A stretch of DNA of 60,912 nt, filler included, from Candidatus Ancaeobacter aquaticus (GCA_030765405.1; 4 parts of 4 records of this genome joined end to end with filler, not necessarily neighbours in it), one strand, 5' to 3'; positions 41,731-51,964 are shown, counted from the first letter of the whole stretch. Notes: generated by a model not told the origin, from the letters alone. Program-made: numbers and translations.

Positions 41731-43035
41731 GTGAGTAATAAACGTGGTGTGTCAAAAACGAGAGAATGTGCTGTTAAACTTGTTGAACGTGTAACATGTT
41801 CTCAAACAGCAACCGTAAAAAATCTTCTTTCGCATTATATGAACACCTCCGGCATTTCCGGTTCTGATCGTGCGCTTTTTACAGAATTATCATATGGGGT
41901 TATACGGCATCTCAATACGATTGATTGGTATATAAAGAAATATTCCTCGCACAAAAACATTGATCCGTATATCAAGAATGTGTTGCGTGTCGGAGTGTAT
42001 CAACTGGTCTATCTAGATAAAATACCTCATTATGCAGCGCTGAACGAAAGTGTAGAATTGGCAAAGGTAAAAAGTATCAAGAGCGGAAACTTTGTTAATG
42101 CCCTGTTACGCAAAGTTACGACATCTTCAAAGGATATCTCAGGGTTTCTCAAGAAAGACAACTATGTTCAGTATCTGTCAATTATGTATTCTTTTCCTGA
42201 GTGGCTAATAGTAAAATGGAAAAGTATATTGCCGGAGAAAGAGCTTGTACCATTTTTGGAGGCAATGAACGCATCCCCTGAAATTACCCTTAGAGTAAAT
42301 ACACATAAGCTCTCAAGAGATGAGCTCCTGAACCGCTTGCATAAGCTGGGTATTTCTGCAAGTGCCGGCACACATCCGTTGGCTATTCGTATACAATCTT
42401 CTATTATAATTGATGATCTCAAAGAATATAAGGATGGGTGTTTTTATGTGCAGGATGAATCAACACTGAGAATTGTTGATATGCTTGATCCTCAACCAGG
42501 TGAAACAATACTCGAATTGTGTGCGGCACCCGGAGGTAAAACGACCTATAGTGCACAAAAAATGAATAATGAAGGAATAATCTATGCACTTGATAATGAC
42601 GATAAGCGGCTAGAACGTTTAAAAGAAAATTGTGATCGAATGGGGTCTTGTATTGCTCGGCCTATCTGCCAGGATCTGTTAAAAGAAAAAAAGATCCTGT
42701 CAGTAGATTTATGTGATAGAGTTCTTGTGGATGTGCCGTGTTCTAATCAAGGGGTGCTTTTAAAGAGGGTAGAGGCAAAATGGCGTATCAGCCAGCGTGA
42801 TATATCAAGACTAAGCAAAGTGCAAGAAGAGCTGTTACTCATTAGTGCAGACTATGTAAAAAGCTGTGGCGTAATGGTTTATAGTACCTGCTCGATTGAT
42901 ACGGCTGAAGATGAGGAAATTATTAAAAAATTTCTCGCTAAAAGAAATGACTTTTATGTGGAAAAAATGTTTAAAACATGGCCACATTTAGATAAAATTG
43001 ATGGTAGTTTTGGTGTAAAACTAATAAGAAAATAA
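41731..43035 (+). CDS. rsmB: 16S rRNA m5C967 methyltransferase
   Basis: NusB-like N-terminus, VQDES, ELCAAPGGKT, DVPCS, YSTCS. Confidence 0.93.
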   Translation: MSNKRGVSKTRECAVKLVERVTCSQTATVKNLLSHYMNTSGISGSDRALFTELSYGVIRHLNTIDWYIKKYSSHKNIDPYIKNVLRVGVYQLVYLDKIPHYAALNESVELAKVKSIKSGNFVNALLRKVTTSSKDISGFLKKDNYVQYLSIMYSFPEWLIVKWKSILPEKELVPFLEAMNASPEITLRVNTHKLSRDELLNRLHKLGISASAGTHPLAIRIQSSIIIDDLKEYKDGCFYVQDESTLRIVDMLDPQPGETILELCAAPGGKTTYSAQKMNNEGIIYALDNDDKRLERLKENCDRMGSCIARPICQDLLKEKKILSVDLCDRVLVDVPCSNQGVLLKRVEAKWRISQRDISRLSKVQEELLLISADYVKSCGVMVYSTCSIDTAEDEEIIKKFLAKRNDFYVEKMFKTWPHLDKIDGSFGVKLIRK

Positions 43036-43043
43036 AGGACGCT

Positions 43044-43532
43044 ATGTCTCCGGTACGTGATAATGACAAAAGAAACGGCACTGAACGAAGAGGTACTCCA
43101 CGCAGAAAGCCAATCAAGGTAGGATTATTAAATAGATTGCGTATTGTTTATCGGCGAACAGGTGGTGACCGAAGAAGTGGACTGGATAGACGAGATGGTA
43201 TTTCCAGTGAGTATCGCAAAGACCTGATCATCAAGGTTACAAAAAAATTCCTTTTAATGACAAAACAGCCAGAAAAGGCTAAAATGACCTATATCTGGCG
43301 GACAGGTTTAAGGGCAATAACCTTTGAGACTGTTAAGGCAAGGCAAGTGCTGGAAATTTCGATACAGAGGACACCTGAGGAGCAACCGTTAATTCTTCTC
43401 GGAAAAATACTGAAAACGAGAAAAATATTTACCGAGCACGGTTTTGCTACAGAAGCTGATGTGCAGTTTTGTGATCTTACCGAACACCAGAAAAAAGTGA
43501 TAAAAGATCTTATATGGAGTGATGCGGAGTAA
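43044..43532 (+). CDS. Degenerate PilZ-like protein
   Basis: ERRGTPR (RxxxR) and DRRSGLDRR at the N-terminus; PilZ-like C-terminal pattern VQF.DL......I..LI. Confidence 0.5.
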   Translation: MSPVRDNDKRNGTERRGTPRRKPIKVGLLNRLRIVYRRTGGDRRSGLDRRDGISSEYRKDLIIKVTKKFLLMTKQPEKAKMTYIWRTGLRAITFETVKARQVLEISIQRTPEEQPLILLGKILKTRKIFTEHGFATEADVQFCDLTEHQKKVIKDLIWSDAE

Positions 43533-43536
43533 TACC

Positions 43537-44511
43537 ATGCAAAGAGAAGAAGTCGACCATAAAACAAAAATACTGATTGTTGATGACAGTAGATTGAGTG
43601 TTGATCTCTTGAAGCAGATTATTCAGCCAATGGGACATGAAGCAATCATTGCCTACGACGGTATTACCGCACTCAAAAAAGTTGAAGATGAAAAACCTGA
43701 TCTTATTTTGCTTGATGTGATGATGCCTCATGTAGATGGTTTTCAGTTGTGCGAAAAACTTAAAAGTGATGAAAAAACACGTTTAATCCCGATTATTATG
43801 ATCACTGCGCTATCGGACTTAGCTGATAAGGTAAAAGGTATTGAAGTTGGTGCTGATGATTTTATAAATAAACCGTTCAATGATACAATATTGTTTGCGA
43901 GGATCAAATCACTCTTAAAAACAAAATATTTAAATGAAGAACTGGAAAACGCCGAAATGGTTATTACTAGTCTCGCGCTTAGTATTGAAGCAAAAGACGC
44001 TTATGCAGAGGGTCATTGTGAACGATTGGCAATATATTCAGTTGCACTCGCAGAGTACCTTGGTTTTCCCGAAGAATATTGCAGGGCTTTGAAACGCGGG
44101 GCCATCCTTCATGATATTGGAAAAATCGGTATTCCTGATAATATACTCTTAAAACCCGGTCCGCTCACCGACGATGAATGGAAGATTATGAGATTGCATC
44201 CTGTTATAGGAGAGAAGATATGCAAACCTCTGCGTACGCTTGCCAATGCGGTACAGATGATCAGACATCATCATGAGAGATGGGATGGAAGCGGGTATCC
44301 GGACGGTTTGAAGGGTGAAGAAATACCCATTACTGCACGGATTTTACAGGTTGTTGATGTGTATGATGCTCTGACCACGAATAGACCCTACCGCACATTA
44401 TTAACCGAGAAAGACGCAATAAAAGAATTATGGAGTGAAGCCGAGAAAGGCTGGCTTGATAAAGAACTCGTTGGGGAATTTATGAAGCTCCTGAAAAAAG
44501 GAATCTTTTAA
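43537..44511 (+). CDS. Response regulator with HD-GYP phosphodiesterase domain (RpfG-like)
   Basis: REC domain (IVDD, LLDVMMP, KP) plus HDIGK, HHERWDGSGYP, VDVYDAL; start probably ATG 43537. Confidence 0.93.
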   Translation: MQREEVDHKTKILIVDDSRLSVDLLKQIIQPMGHEAIIAYDGITALKKVEDEKPDLILLDVMMPHVDGFQLCEKLKSDEKTRLIPIIMITALSDLADKVKGIEVGADDFINKPFNDTILFARIKSLLKTKYLNEELENAEMVITSLALSIEAKDAYAEGHCERLAIYSVALAEYLGFPEEYCRALKRGAILHDIGKIGIPDNILLKPGPLTDDEWKIMRLHPVIGEKICKPLRTLANAVQMIRHHHERWDGSGYPDGLKGEEIPITARILQVVDVYDALTTNRPYRTLLTEKDAIKELWSEAEKGWLDKELVGEFMKLLKKGIF

Positions 44512-44555
44512 TAAGTGCTTTTCACCATACGAGCAGTTTTCTCAAGGATTTAAGA

Positions 44556-45512
44556 ATGAACCCACGATATTTGTCCCACACGTCCAAAGATAATCTAAAA
44601 GCAGTTTCATCAGCATTTAATGAGAGGTTATCATCATGTGATTTATGTCCTCGAAAATGCGGTGTGAATAGATTGCAGGGTGAATTGGGATATTGCGGTC
44701 TGGGCAGGTACTCAAAAGTATATACGTCTATGCCTCATAGGGGAGAGGAACCTGTTCTTTCAGGGGTAAACGGGTCCGGTACAGTATTTTTTTCTCACTG
44801 TAATCTGAGGTGTGTATATTGCCAGAACCATCAATTTAGCTGGGAAGGAAAGGGAGAAGAGGTAAATTCGTTTCAGCTGGCAGACAGTTTTCTGGAATTG
44901 CAGGACCTAGGTTGTCATAATCTTAATCTTGTTACGCCAACACATGTTGTCCCCCAAATAATAGAAGCGCTCATATTAGCTATTGATAAAGGGTTTTCGC
45001 TTCCCATTGTGTACAATACCAGCGGGTATGACTCTCTGAAAACGATACAAATGCTCGCAAGTATCGTAGATATATATTTGCCTGATATGCGATACGGGGA
45101 TGATGCTGCGGCGTATACTTTTTCCGGGTGTTTGGACTATGTATCGATCAATCGACAGATAATAAAAGAAATGTTTGCACAGGTAGGGGATCTCGTAACA
45201 GATAATGGGGTTGCGATAAGTGGACTAATTGTAAGGCATTTGGTTTTACCTTCTTTGGGAGAGAGCACTCACAATGTATTAAAATTTATTGCCAATGATT
45301 TGTCACCTGATATGCCAATCAGTCTTATGAGGCAATATGAACCTGTCCACAAAGCATGCGAGCATCCCGTAATAAACCGTCGAATTACACACGCTGAGTA
45401 TGCATATGCCGAGTCTCTTTTAGAAAAATATGGATTTAAAAATGGGTGGATACAGGACCAGATCGATACTCACGAGCGTCAAGAGTTTCTTGGAGAATTT
45501 TTTAATGATTAG
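44556..45512 (+). CDS. Radical SAM protein, PflX-like
   Basis: CDLCPRKCG.NR, GTVFFSHCNLRCVYCQN, NLNLVTPTH. Confidence 0.9.
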   Translation: MNPRYLSHTSKDNLKAVSSAFNERLSSCDLCPRKCGVNRLQGELGYCGLGRYSKVYTSMPHRGEEPVLSGVNGSGTVFFSHCNLRCVYCQNHQFSWEGKGEEVNSFQLADSFLELQDLGCHNLNLVTPTHVVPQIIEALILAIDKGFSLPIVYNTSGYDSLKTIQMLASIVDIYLPDMRYGDDAAAYTFSGCLDYVSINRQIIKEMFAQVGDLVTDNGVAISGLIVRHLVLPSLGESTHNVLKFIANDLSPDMPISLMRQYEPVHKACEHPVINRRITHAEYAYAESLLEKYGFKNGWIQDQIDTHERQEFLGEFFND

Positions 45513-45571
45513 CGTATAGGTTTTAGAATTAGTTTTTACTATCCGCTATCCGCTATTGATAACGAGATGCC

Positions 45572-45599
45572 TTGACATGTAGTCCTATTATATTACAAT
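45572..45599 (+). promoter_or_regulatory. Putative sigma70 promoter of the TPR gene
   Basis: TTGACA-N16-TACAAT, 9 nt before the ATG; no Shine-Dalgarno, so possibly near-leaderless. Confidence 0.5.
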
Positions 45600-45608
45600 A
45601 CCAATACT

Positions 45609-46571
45609 ATGAAAAAATATTATTTGTTATTACAAATTTTTGTGTTGTTTGCCTATAGTATAGGTTTTTGTTCAGTTTCGTATGCTGAAGTAGGGGACAC
45701 TTTTTTTAAACGAGGAAACGAGTATTATAAAGAGAAGCGCTACGGTGAAGCGATCCATATGTATAAAAAAGCAATACATATCAATGAAGAACATTTGGGT
45801 GCGCTATATAACTGTGCTCTTTCATATGAGATGCAGGGACAGTTGGGTGATGCTATAGATTGTTTCAATAAAGCGATTTTTATTGACCCGACATATAGTG
45901 CTGCCCGAATAGGGCTTGGTCTTACGTATACGCGACAGGGAAGATATAACGCAGCGATAAAAGCTTATAAAGAAGCACTTGATGTTGATCCAAAATATTA
46001 TATTGCGCATCTTAACCTTGCTGCGGTATATGCAAAAAAGAAGATGTATCCTGAAGCGATAGAAGAAGCGCAGATCGCACTCACCATTGATCCTCATGAT
46101 GTTAATGGACATCTCATTTTAGGGAATATTTACTATGTAAAAAAAGAATATGATAAAGCGATCGAACAATATGAATGGATTTTGAAGATCGAGCCGCAAT
46201 ATGTTTTTGCAAAGCTGCATATTGGCATGGCGTATGCGGAAAAGGGGATGTTTGAAAAAGCGATTAAAAGCATAGAAGGCGCAAAATCAATGACAGAGGA
46301 CTATGGGTATGTGCATTATTCTCTTGGTAAAGTATATTTAATGCAAAAGTCTATTGATCAGGCAATACGAGAGTTTAAACGAGCCATAGACATAAACCCT
46401 GATTTAGTTGAAGTATATCTCGATATCGGAAAAGCCTATAATGAAAAAGGTGACTATCTCCAATCGTTACGGTATTATGGGAGGTATGTTGAAAGTCCGC
46501 TTGCTAAGGAAAAACAAAAACAAGATGCTAATGCAGAAATTGAAATGTTACGAAAGAGGATAAACAAATGA
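45609..46571 (+). CDS. Exported tetratricopeptide repeat protein
   Basis: Signal peptide followed by about eight 34-aa TPR units. Confidence 0.9.
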   Translation: MKKYYLLLQIFVLFAYSIGFCSVSYAEVGDTFFKRGNEYYKEKRYGEAIHMYKKAIHINEEHLGALYNCALSYEMQGQLGDAIDCFNKAIFIDPTYSAARIGLGLTYTRQGRYNAAIKAYKEALDVDPKYYIAHLNLAAVYAKKKMYPEAIEEAQIALTIDPHDVNGHLILGNIYYVKKEYDKAIEQYEWILKIEPQYVFAKLHIGMAYAEKGMFEKAIKSIEGAKSMTEDYGYVHYSLGKVYLMQKSIDQAIREFKRAIDINPDLVEVYLDIGKAYNEKGDYLQSLRYYGRYVESPLAKEKQKQDANAEIEMLRKRINK

Positions 46572-47044
46572 GTGGTTTTCAGAGAAGTTTTCATTTAGTG
46601 CATATTTCAAAAATGCTTAAGAAAAACAGGGTGCACGATATTGTCGCAACAAAAAAAGAAGATGTGTTGCGTGAAATGGTCGATGTTTTAGCGCGTGCGC
46701 CGGAAATAAATGATGCAGATGTATTATGCGAAGGTATTTTAGAAAGAGAACAAACGCTTTCAACAGGAATTGGTATCGGGATTGCTGTCCCACACGCGAG
46801 AACCAATACGGTAGACGATTATGTGATTGCAGTTGGAAGAAAACGCGGGGGGCTTCTTTTTGATGCAGTAGATGGAGGACTGGTATATCTCGTGTTTATG
46901 ATCGCAGGGCCAGATGCTTACTACGAAAGATACCTGAATATTCACGCTAAAATAATGTTCCTAATGACGAATGCTGACTTTCGCACAAAGCTTATTAACG
47001 CAGGGACCTCGCTTGATATATATAATTTATTAAAAGGGAAATAA
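46568..47044 (+). CDS. PTS EIIA (fructose/Ntr-type) domain protein
   Basis: ERE..LSTGIG.GIAVPHAR, FDAVDG. Confidence 0.88.
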   Translation: MSGFQRSFHLVHISKMLKKNRVHDIVATKKEDVLREMVDVLARAPEINDADVLCEGILEREQTLSTGIGIGIAVPHARTNTVDDYVIAVGRKRGGLLFDAVDGGLVYLVFMIAGPDAYYERYLNIHAKIMFLMTNADFRTKLINAGTSLDIYNLLKGK

Positions 47045-47087
47045 AATCTGTTTGTTTTTGAGATAAGAAAAGTGTGCGTAATCGTCT

Positions 47088-48479
47088 TTACTTTGTGTTA
47101 GAAATATTTTTCACAATATTTTCACATAGCTCGGTTAGTGAATTGTCTCGAGCACCCATCACAAGGATCGTATCGCCTGAACGTGAATTCTTTTCCACCC
47201 AGTGCATAATATCCTTTTTGTCAGGAAGGTACTGACAGTCTTTTTCGGGCTGATTTGTTTTAATCTTCTCTATAAGCTCTGATGAGTGAATATCCCGAGT
47301 AGCGCTTCCTCCTGCATCATATATGTCTGTAATAAACAGGATGTCTTTATCGCGTATCTGATTTGAGAAAAGAGTTATATAATCATCCCTAAGATGTTTT
47401 GTTGGCGCAAATCCATGGGGTTGGAAAACAGCGATCACACGGTTACAGTGTGGACGTAGCGCAGATAATGCTGCAGAGATCTTGTCCGGGTTATGTGAAA
47501 AATCATCATACACTTTTATACCGCGAGTTTCACCAATGAGTTCCAGCCGCCTTTTAATGCCTTTAAATTGTTTGAGGGCTGAGGCGATATCGGTAAGAGG
47601 TATATCTAATGTGTGGCATGCAGCAATAGCGGTTAGAGCATTTGCTATATTGTGACGTCCCGGGAGCGATACTCTAAAAGAAGTATCTTTGACTGTAAAT
47701 TGAGAGTAAGTATCGCAAGAAGTTATTTCATGCGCTTGATATTCAGCACATGTATCGATACCGCAGGTTATTGCCTTTTCCTTCGGTACAGTTAATGTGT
47801 CCGTATAAGGACAGTCATTATTGATGATAACTGTTTGGGAGGTGTTGTTAATAAATTCTTGGAAAAGAGATAGTAACACCGAGATATCTTTATGGTCTTT
47901 ACTGATATTTGTCAGGACTGAAATCGTTGGTTTGTAGAGAACAATGCTACCGTCACTTTCATCTGTTTCAATGCATATGATAGGAGATTGCCCATGAAAA
48001 AAATTTGCTAAAGATGGTGTTTCGGATAGATTTTTTAAGATACCGCCGCCAATGTAGGTTGGATTATGGTTGCATAGATCCAGGATATGGGCAATCATTG
48101 CGGTCACTGTTGATTTGCCACTTGTCCCGCCGACTGCAATACATAGTTTCTCATTGGATAAAGCCGCGAGAAGCTCGGCTCTGGTCATGATAGTGATTGC
48201 ATTGTCATGAGCACTTATAATATCTGGATTATCTTTTTCGATCGCGCTTGAAACGATAACCGCGTCAGGTCGTGTTTTTATGGCAGAACCATCTTGTGGG
48301 TACAGAGTAATACATTGATTGCGAAAAATATCAACAAGAGGGTTGCCTGATAAACCCTGTGTATCAAACGACCTGTCAGAACCGGTAACAGTATTCCCCT
48401 GACTGCGGACTATTTGTGCAAGTGGACTCATGCCACTTCCTGCAATACCAATAAAATGATAGGAACATCCAGGTTTCAT
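47088..48479 (-). CDS. MurC/Mpl-like Mur ligase
   Basis: GIAGSGMS, GTSGKST, ETDESDG, G.HN..N, DDFSHNP, FQPH; divergent from an LD-carboxypeptidase. Confidence 0.88.
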   Translation of the reverse strand: MKPGCSYHFIGIAGSGMSPLAQIVRSQGNTVTGSDRSFDTQGLSGNPLVDIFRNQCITLYPQDGSAIKTRPDAVIVSSAIEKDNPDIISAHDNAITIMTRAELLAALSNEKLCIAVGGTSGKSTVTAMIAHILDLCNHNPTYIGGGILKNLSETPSLANFFHGQSPIICIETDESDGSIVLYKPTISVLTNISKDHKDISVLLSLFQEFINNTSQTVIINNDCPYTDTLTVPKEKAITCGIDTCAEYQAHEITSCDTYSQFTVKDTSFRVSLPGRHNIANALTAIAACHTLDIPLTDIASALKQFKGIKRRLELIGETRGIKVYDDFSHNPDKISAALSALRPHCNRVIAVFQPHGFAPTKHLRDDYITLFSNQIRDKDILFITDIYDAGGSATRDIHSSELIEKIKTNQPEKDCQYLPDKKDIMHWVEKNSRSGDTILVMGARDNSLTELCENIVKNISNTK

Positions 48480-48594
48480 AAACCTATTATAAATGGTTGC
48501 TCTATTAAAAAAAAGGTTTATTTAATAGAATTATAAATTATAATCTAATATTATTAGTGTGTACGTATATTCAAAGTGATAGGTAATAGGTAAA

Positions 48595-49503
48595 ATGATA
48601 ATAAAACCGCATGCCCTGAAAAAAGGCGATCTTATTGGTATAGTGTCGCCGTCGAATACCGTTTTGCTAGAAAATCTTAACTATGCTACTCGGACTCTCA
48701 AGAGATTTGGTTTTCGGGTGAAGTATAAAGAACATATATTGACTCCTCGCGTCTATACTATAGAAGAAGATAAATTGAGAGCCGAGGATATAAATGAACT
48801 GTTCCGTGACCCTCAGGTCAAAGCGGTTATTCACGCAAAAGGCGGATATGGTATGATAAGAATACTTCCGTTTCTTGATAAAAATACGATACGATCAAAT
48901 CCGAAGGTTGTGCTCGGATACAGTGATGCGACAGTGTTTTTATCTTATCTTCTCTTTCAGTGCAACATGGTTGCATTTCATGGGCCAATGTTACTGGGTG
49001 AGATAAATACCGCTATGAGTGCAATAAAGAAAAATTCTTTCTTAAATGCGTTAATGGTCAATAAACCTTTAGGGGTATTGACGCACAAAAAGATATCTGT
49101 TATTAAACACGGTAAATGCTCCGGGAAGCTTGTCGGAGGGTGTTTAACATCTATTGTGCATATGATGGGTACTCCATATGAAATTAATACAAAAGACACG
49201 ATACTTTTTATAGAGGATGTCGGTGAATATTATCACCACTTTGATGAAATGCTGTATCATTTAAAACTTGCAGGAAAATATGATTCGGTAAAGGGAATTG
49301 TGTTTGGAGAAATGCTTCGATGTGGAACGCACAGAGGATTAGTTGAGAGGATTAAAGAAACTTTTAAGGAATATGATATTCCTATACTCTTTGGTTTTCC
49401 TTCCGGACATAGTAAGACTAATTTGACAATACCGCTGGGTATTAATGTTTCGATTGACACGAAGATACCGGGGATTGTTTTTAATGAAAAGGCGTTACAG
49501 TAA
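48595..49503 (+). CDS. ldcA: LD-carboxypeptidase (peptidase S66)
   Basis: KGGYG, GYSD.T (Ser), IEDVGE (Glu), SGH (His). Confidence 0.88.
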   Translation: MIIKPHALKKGDLIGIVSPSNTVLLENLNYATRTLKRFGFRVKYKEHILTPRVYTIEEDKLRAEDINELFRDPQVKAVIHAKGGYGMIRILPFLDKNTIRSNPKVVLGYSDATVFLSYLLFQCNMVAFHGPMLLGEINTAMSAIKKNSFLNALMVNKPLGVLTHKKISVIKHGKCSGKLVGGCLTSIVHMMGTPYEINTKDTILFIEDVGEYYHHFDEMLYHLKLAGKYDSVKGIVFGEMLRCGTHRGLVERIKETFKEYDIPILFGFPSGHSKTNLTIPLGINVSIDTKIPGIVFNEKALQ

Positions 49504-49535
49504 CAGTGGTTGAGAAGTAATAATAGGAGGACACA

Positions 49536-50192
49536 GTGAGATCTTATAAACAATATTTCTTTATAATGATAATCGGACTTATTTTGAGCGCAAGTGTTAC
49601 TGAAGACAGTTTTGCCGCTAAACGGAAATTAAAGCCTAAGGCACGCCTCGATGAAGTCTATCTCTTGCTGACAAAAGCCAACAGTGATGTTGATCGCGGC
49701 CGTGAAATACAAGCATTGAAAGGGTTTCTCTTGGGGGTCAATGAGCTGAAACTAATACAAAAACAACATCCTGAATTTGAACCTAAAGAAGTGGCGGATA
49801 TTATTAAGGTGCTCAATGCGCAGACTGAGGTTCTTAAAAGAAGAGTGATGAAAGACGGTCTCGTTGAATACAGAGGGAAAACACTTTCGCTTGAAGCGTT
49901 TACAAAAATGATTAAAAAAGAAAAAGATCGCCAGGAGCGCGGGGATCGGTTTCAAAAATGGCAGGCAGAAGAACGGCGTAGAAGAAACGCACAGCGTATA
50001 CAAAATGAAACCAGGCGGCAAGCTGAAGAACGCCGACTTCAGAGAGAACTGCACCGTCAAAGGGAAGATAAAAGATTGCGTGATGAAACGCGCCGTCAGG
50101 CCCAGCAGCGTAGAGAAGTACAGGATCGACGAAGAAGGTATGAAGAACAACAGAGACGTTTGGAGCAACAGAGAAGAATGGATCATAGGTAA
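49536..50192 (+). CDS. Exported hypothetical protein with R/E/Q-rich helical C-terminus
   Basis: Signal-like N-terminus; the C-terminal ~95 aa are mostly charged residues and Gln. Confidence 0.7.
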   Translation: MRSYKQYFFIMIIGLILSASVTEDSFAAKRKLKPKARLDEVYLLLTKANSDVDRGREIQALKGFLLGVNELKLIQKQHPEFEPKEVADIIKVLNAQTEVLKRRVMKDGLVEYRGKTLSLEAFTKMIKKEKDRQERGDRFQKWQAEERRRRNAQRIQNETRRQAEERRLQRELHRQREDKRLRDETRRQAQQRREVQDRRRRYEEQQRRLEQQRRMDHR

Positions 50193-50198
50193 CGATAT

Positions 50199-50927
50199 AT
50201 GCAAAGAGACATAAAAGGAAAAACCGCAGTGATAACGGGGGCTTCTCGGGGTATTGGCAGAGGTATTGCCGTAGCGTTTGCCGAAAAAGGTATTGATGTA
50301 GCGCTTATTGCGCGGTCTCGTGAAGCACTTGATGAAGTAAAAGATGAGTGCGAATCACACGGAGTTTCTGTTCTTACCGGTATCGTTGATGTTTCATCTG
50401 AAGATGATGTAGTTGCATTTAGGGGTGAAGTTGAAAAAGCTTTTTCAAAAGTTGATTTTCTCGTGCAGTGTGCCGGGCAGTATCTTGAAAAAGACTTTTT
50501 TGATACGACAATGGACGACTGGAACAATATAATCGGTAGTAATTTAACAGGGACATATCTCTTGTGCCGGGAATTTGGTAAGGTACTGTCAAAAAATAAG
50601 AATGGTGGAAAAATAATTAATTTTTCCAGTGTTGGCGGGAGAATTGGTCTGGAGAAGAAAGCCTTGTACTCTGCATCAAAATTTGGTGTTGTGGGTCTTT
50701 CAAAAGCACTAGCGAAGGAATTAAAGGCGTATGGAATATTAATCCATACGATATATCCTTATATGGTAGATTCTTTGAATGAACGTAATTGGGGCAATGA
50801 GGAGAGTGTCCTTGATTGTCTTAAAGTAGAAGATGTGGTTGAGCTTGTTTTTTACCTCATACAGTTACCGCGTCGTGTTGTTATAGAAGATATTTATTTA
50901 GATACGTTTAATAAAGACCGTATATAG
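50199..50927 (+). CDS. Short-chain dehydrogenase/reductase
   Basis: TGASRGIG, N..G, YSASK. Confidence 0.92.
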   Translation: MQRDIKGKTAVITGASRGIGRGIAVAFAEKGIDVALIARSREALDEVKDECESHGVSVLTGIVDVSSEDDVVAFRGEVEKAFSKVDFLVQCAGQYLEKDFFDTTMDDWNNIIGSNLTGTYLLCREFGKVLSKNKNGGKIINFSSVGGRIGLEKKALYSASKFGVVGLSKALAKELKAYGILIHTIYPYMVDSLNERNWGNEESVLDCLKVEDVVELVFYLIQLPRRVVIEDIYLDTFNKDRI

Positions 50928-50984
50928 TACCTCGAGATTTGAGTTTTATTGTATGTAGAATATTTATTTACGATCAACGATGAA

Positions 50985-51050
50985 CTATCCCCAAAGGGGA
51001 CAATACCCAGAAAAATTTATTTATAAATTTTATGGGTGTGAACGATAAAC
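50985..51050 (+). repeat. Dispersed ~65-bp repeat, copy 2 (upstream of second lpxA)
   Basis: Matches the reverse complement of 25114-25177. Confidence 0.85.
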
Positions 51051-51066
51051 GAAATCAAGGAGTGTT

Positions 51067-51870
51067 ATGGCTATTCATCCAACAGCAATTATTGGTGACA
51101 AGGTTACAATTGGAAACAATGTGGATATTGGTCCCTATGTTGTAATAGACGGTGTTGTATCAATCGGGGATGGGACAACTATACTTGCTCATTCCTATAT
51201 AACCGGATGGACAACAATAGGAAAAAATAATCGTATACACATGGGGGTGATACTCGGCCATGAACCGCAGGATGTTTCGTACAATGGTCAAGAGACTTAC
51301 CTTGAGATAGGTGACAATAATGTGTTCCGTGAACATTCTTGGATACATCGAGGAACAAAAGAAGGGTCAAAAACCATTATAGGTAATAATAATTATTTTA
51401 TGGGGTATGCGCATGCTGCCCATAACTGTATTATCGGAAATAACGCTATTATAGCGTCCAATACCTTGCTTGCAGGTCATGTTGAGGTCGGTGACCAGGC
51501 GTTTGTTTCAGGAAATATTGTTGTACACCAGTTTTGCCGTATAGGGCGTCTTGCAATGATAAGCGGTTTATCTGCTGTAAATAAAGATGTCCCTCCGTTT
51601 ATTACTTGTGGGGGGAGAGGAGTTGTTCCTATTGCCCCTAATAGTGTTGGCTTAAAAAGGGCGGGTATAGGGCTTGCCGGACGTACAGTTATTAAAAATG
51701 CGTTCAGACTATTGTTTAATTCTGGGCTTAATGTAAAACAGGCAATTGCTGAAATAAAAAAAGGCGATCTCACGCCGGAAGTTCAAGAGATGATAGAATT
51801 TATCGAGTCTTCAAAGCGGGGTATCTGTAACCCTCCGGGACAAAAGCATGCTAATGTGGATATTTTATGA
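51067..51870 (+). CDS. lpxA: UDP-N-acetylglucosamine acyltransferase (copy 2)
   Basis: IHPTAII, GHEPQD, HAAHNC, HQFCRIG, KDVPPF, N.VGLKRAG. Confidence 0.9.
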   Translation: MAIHPTAIIGDKVTIGNNVDIGPYVVIDGVVSIGDGTTILAHSYITGWTTIGKNNRIHMGVILGHEPQDVSYNGQETYLEIGDNNVFREHSWIHRGTKEGSKTIIGNNNYFMGYAHAAHNCIIGNNAIIASNTLLAGHVEVGDQAFVSGNIVVHQFCRIGRLAMISGLSAVNKDVPPFITCGGRGVVPIAPNSVGLKRAGIGLAGRTVIKNAFRLLFNSGLNVKQAIAEIKKGDLTPEVQEMIEFIESSKRGICNPPGQKHANVDIL

Positions 51871-51878
51871 GAAACTAT

Positions 51879-51963
51879 TAGCGTGTAGCGTAGAGCGCTT
51901 AGCGTATAGTAAAAAAACAATTTAAGCAAAAACTAAACGCTATCCGCTAAACCCTAACCGCTA
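51879..51963. repeat. Heptamer-periodic inverted repeat between convergent genes
   Basis: tagcgtg/tagcgta/gagcgct/tagcgta ... taaacgc/tatccgc/taaaccc/taaccgc. Confidence 0.75.
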
Positions 51964-51964
51964 T

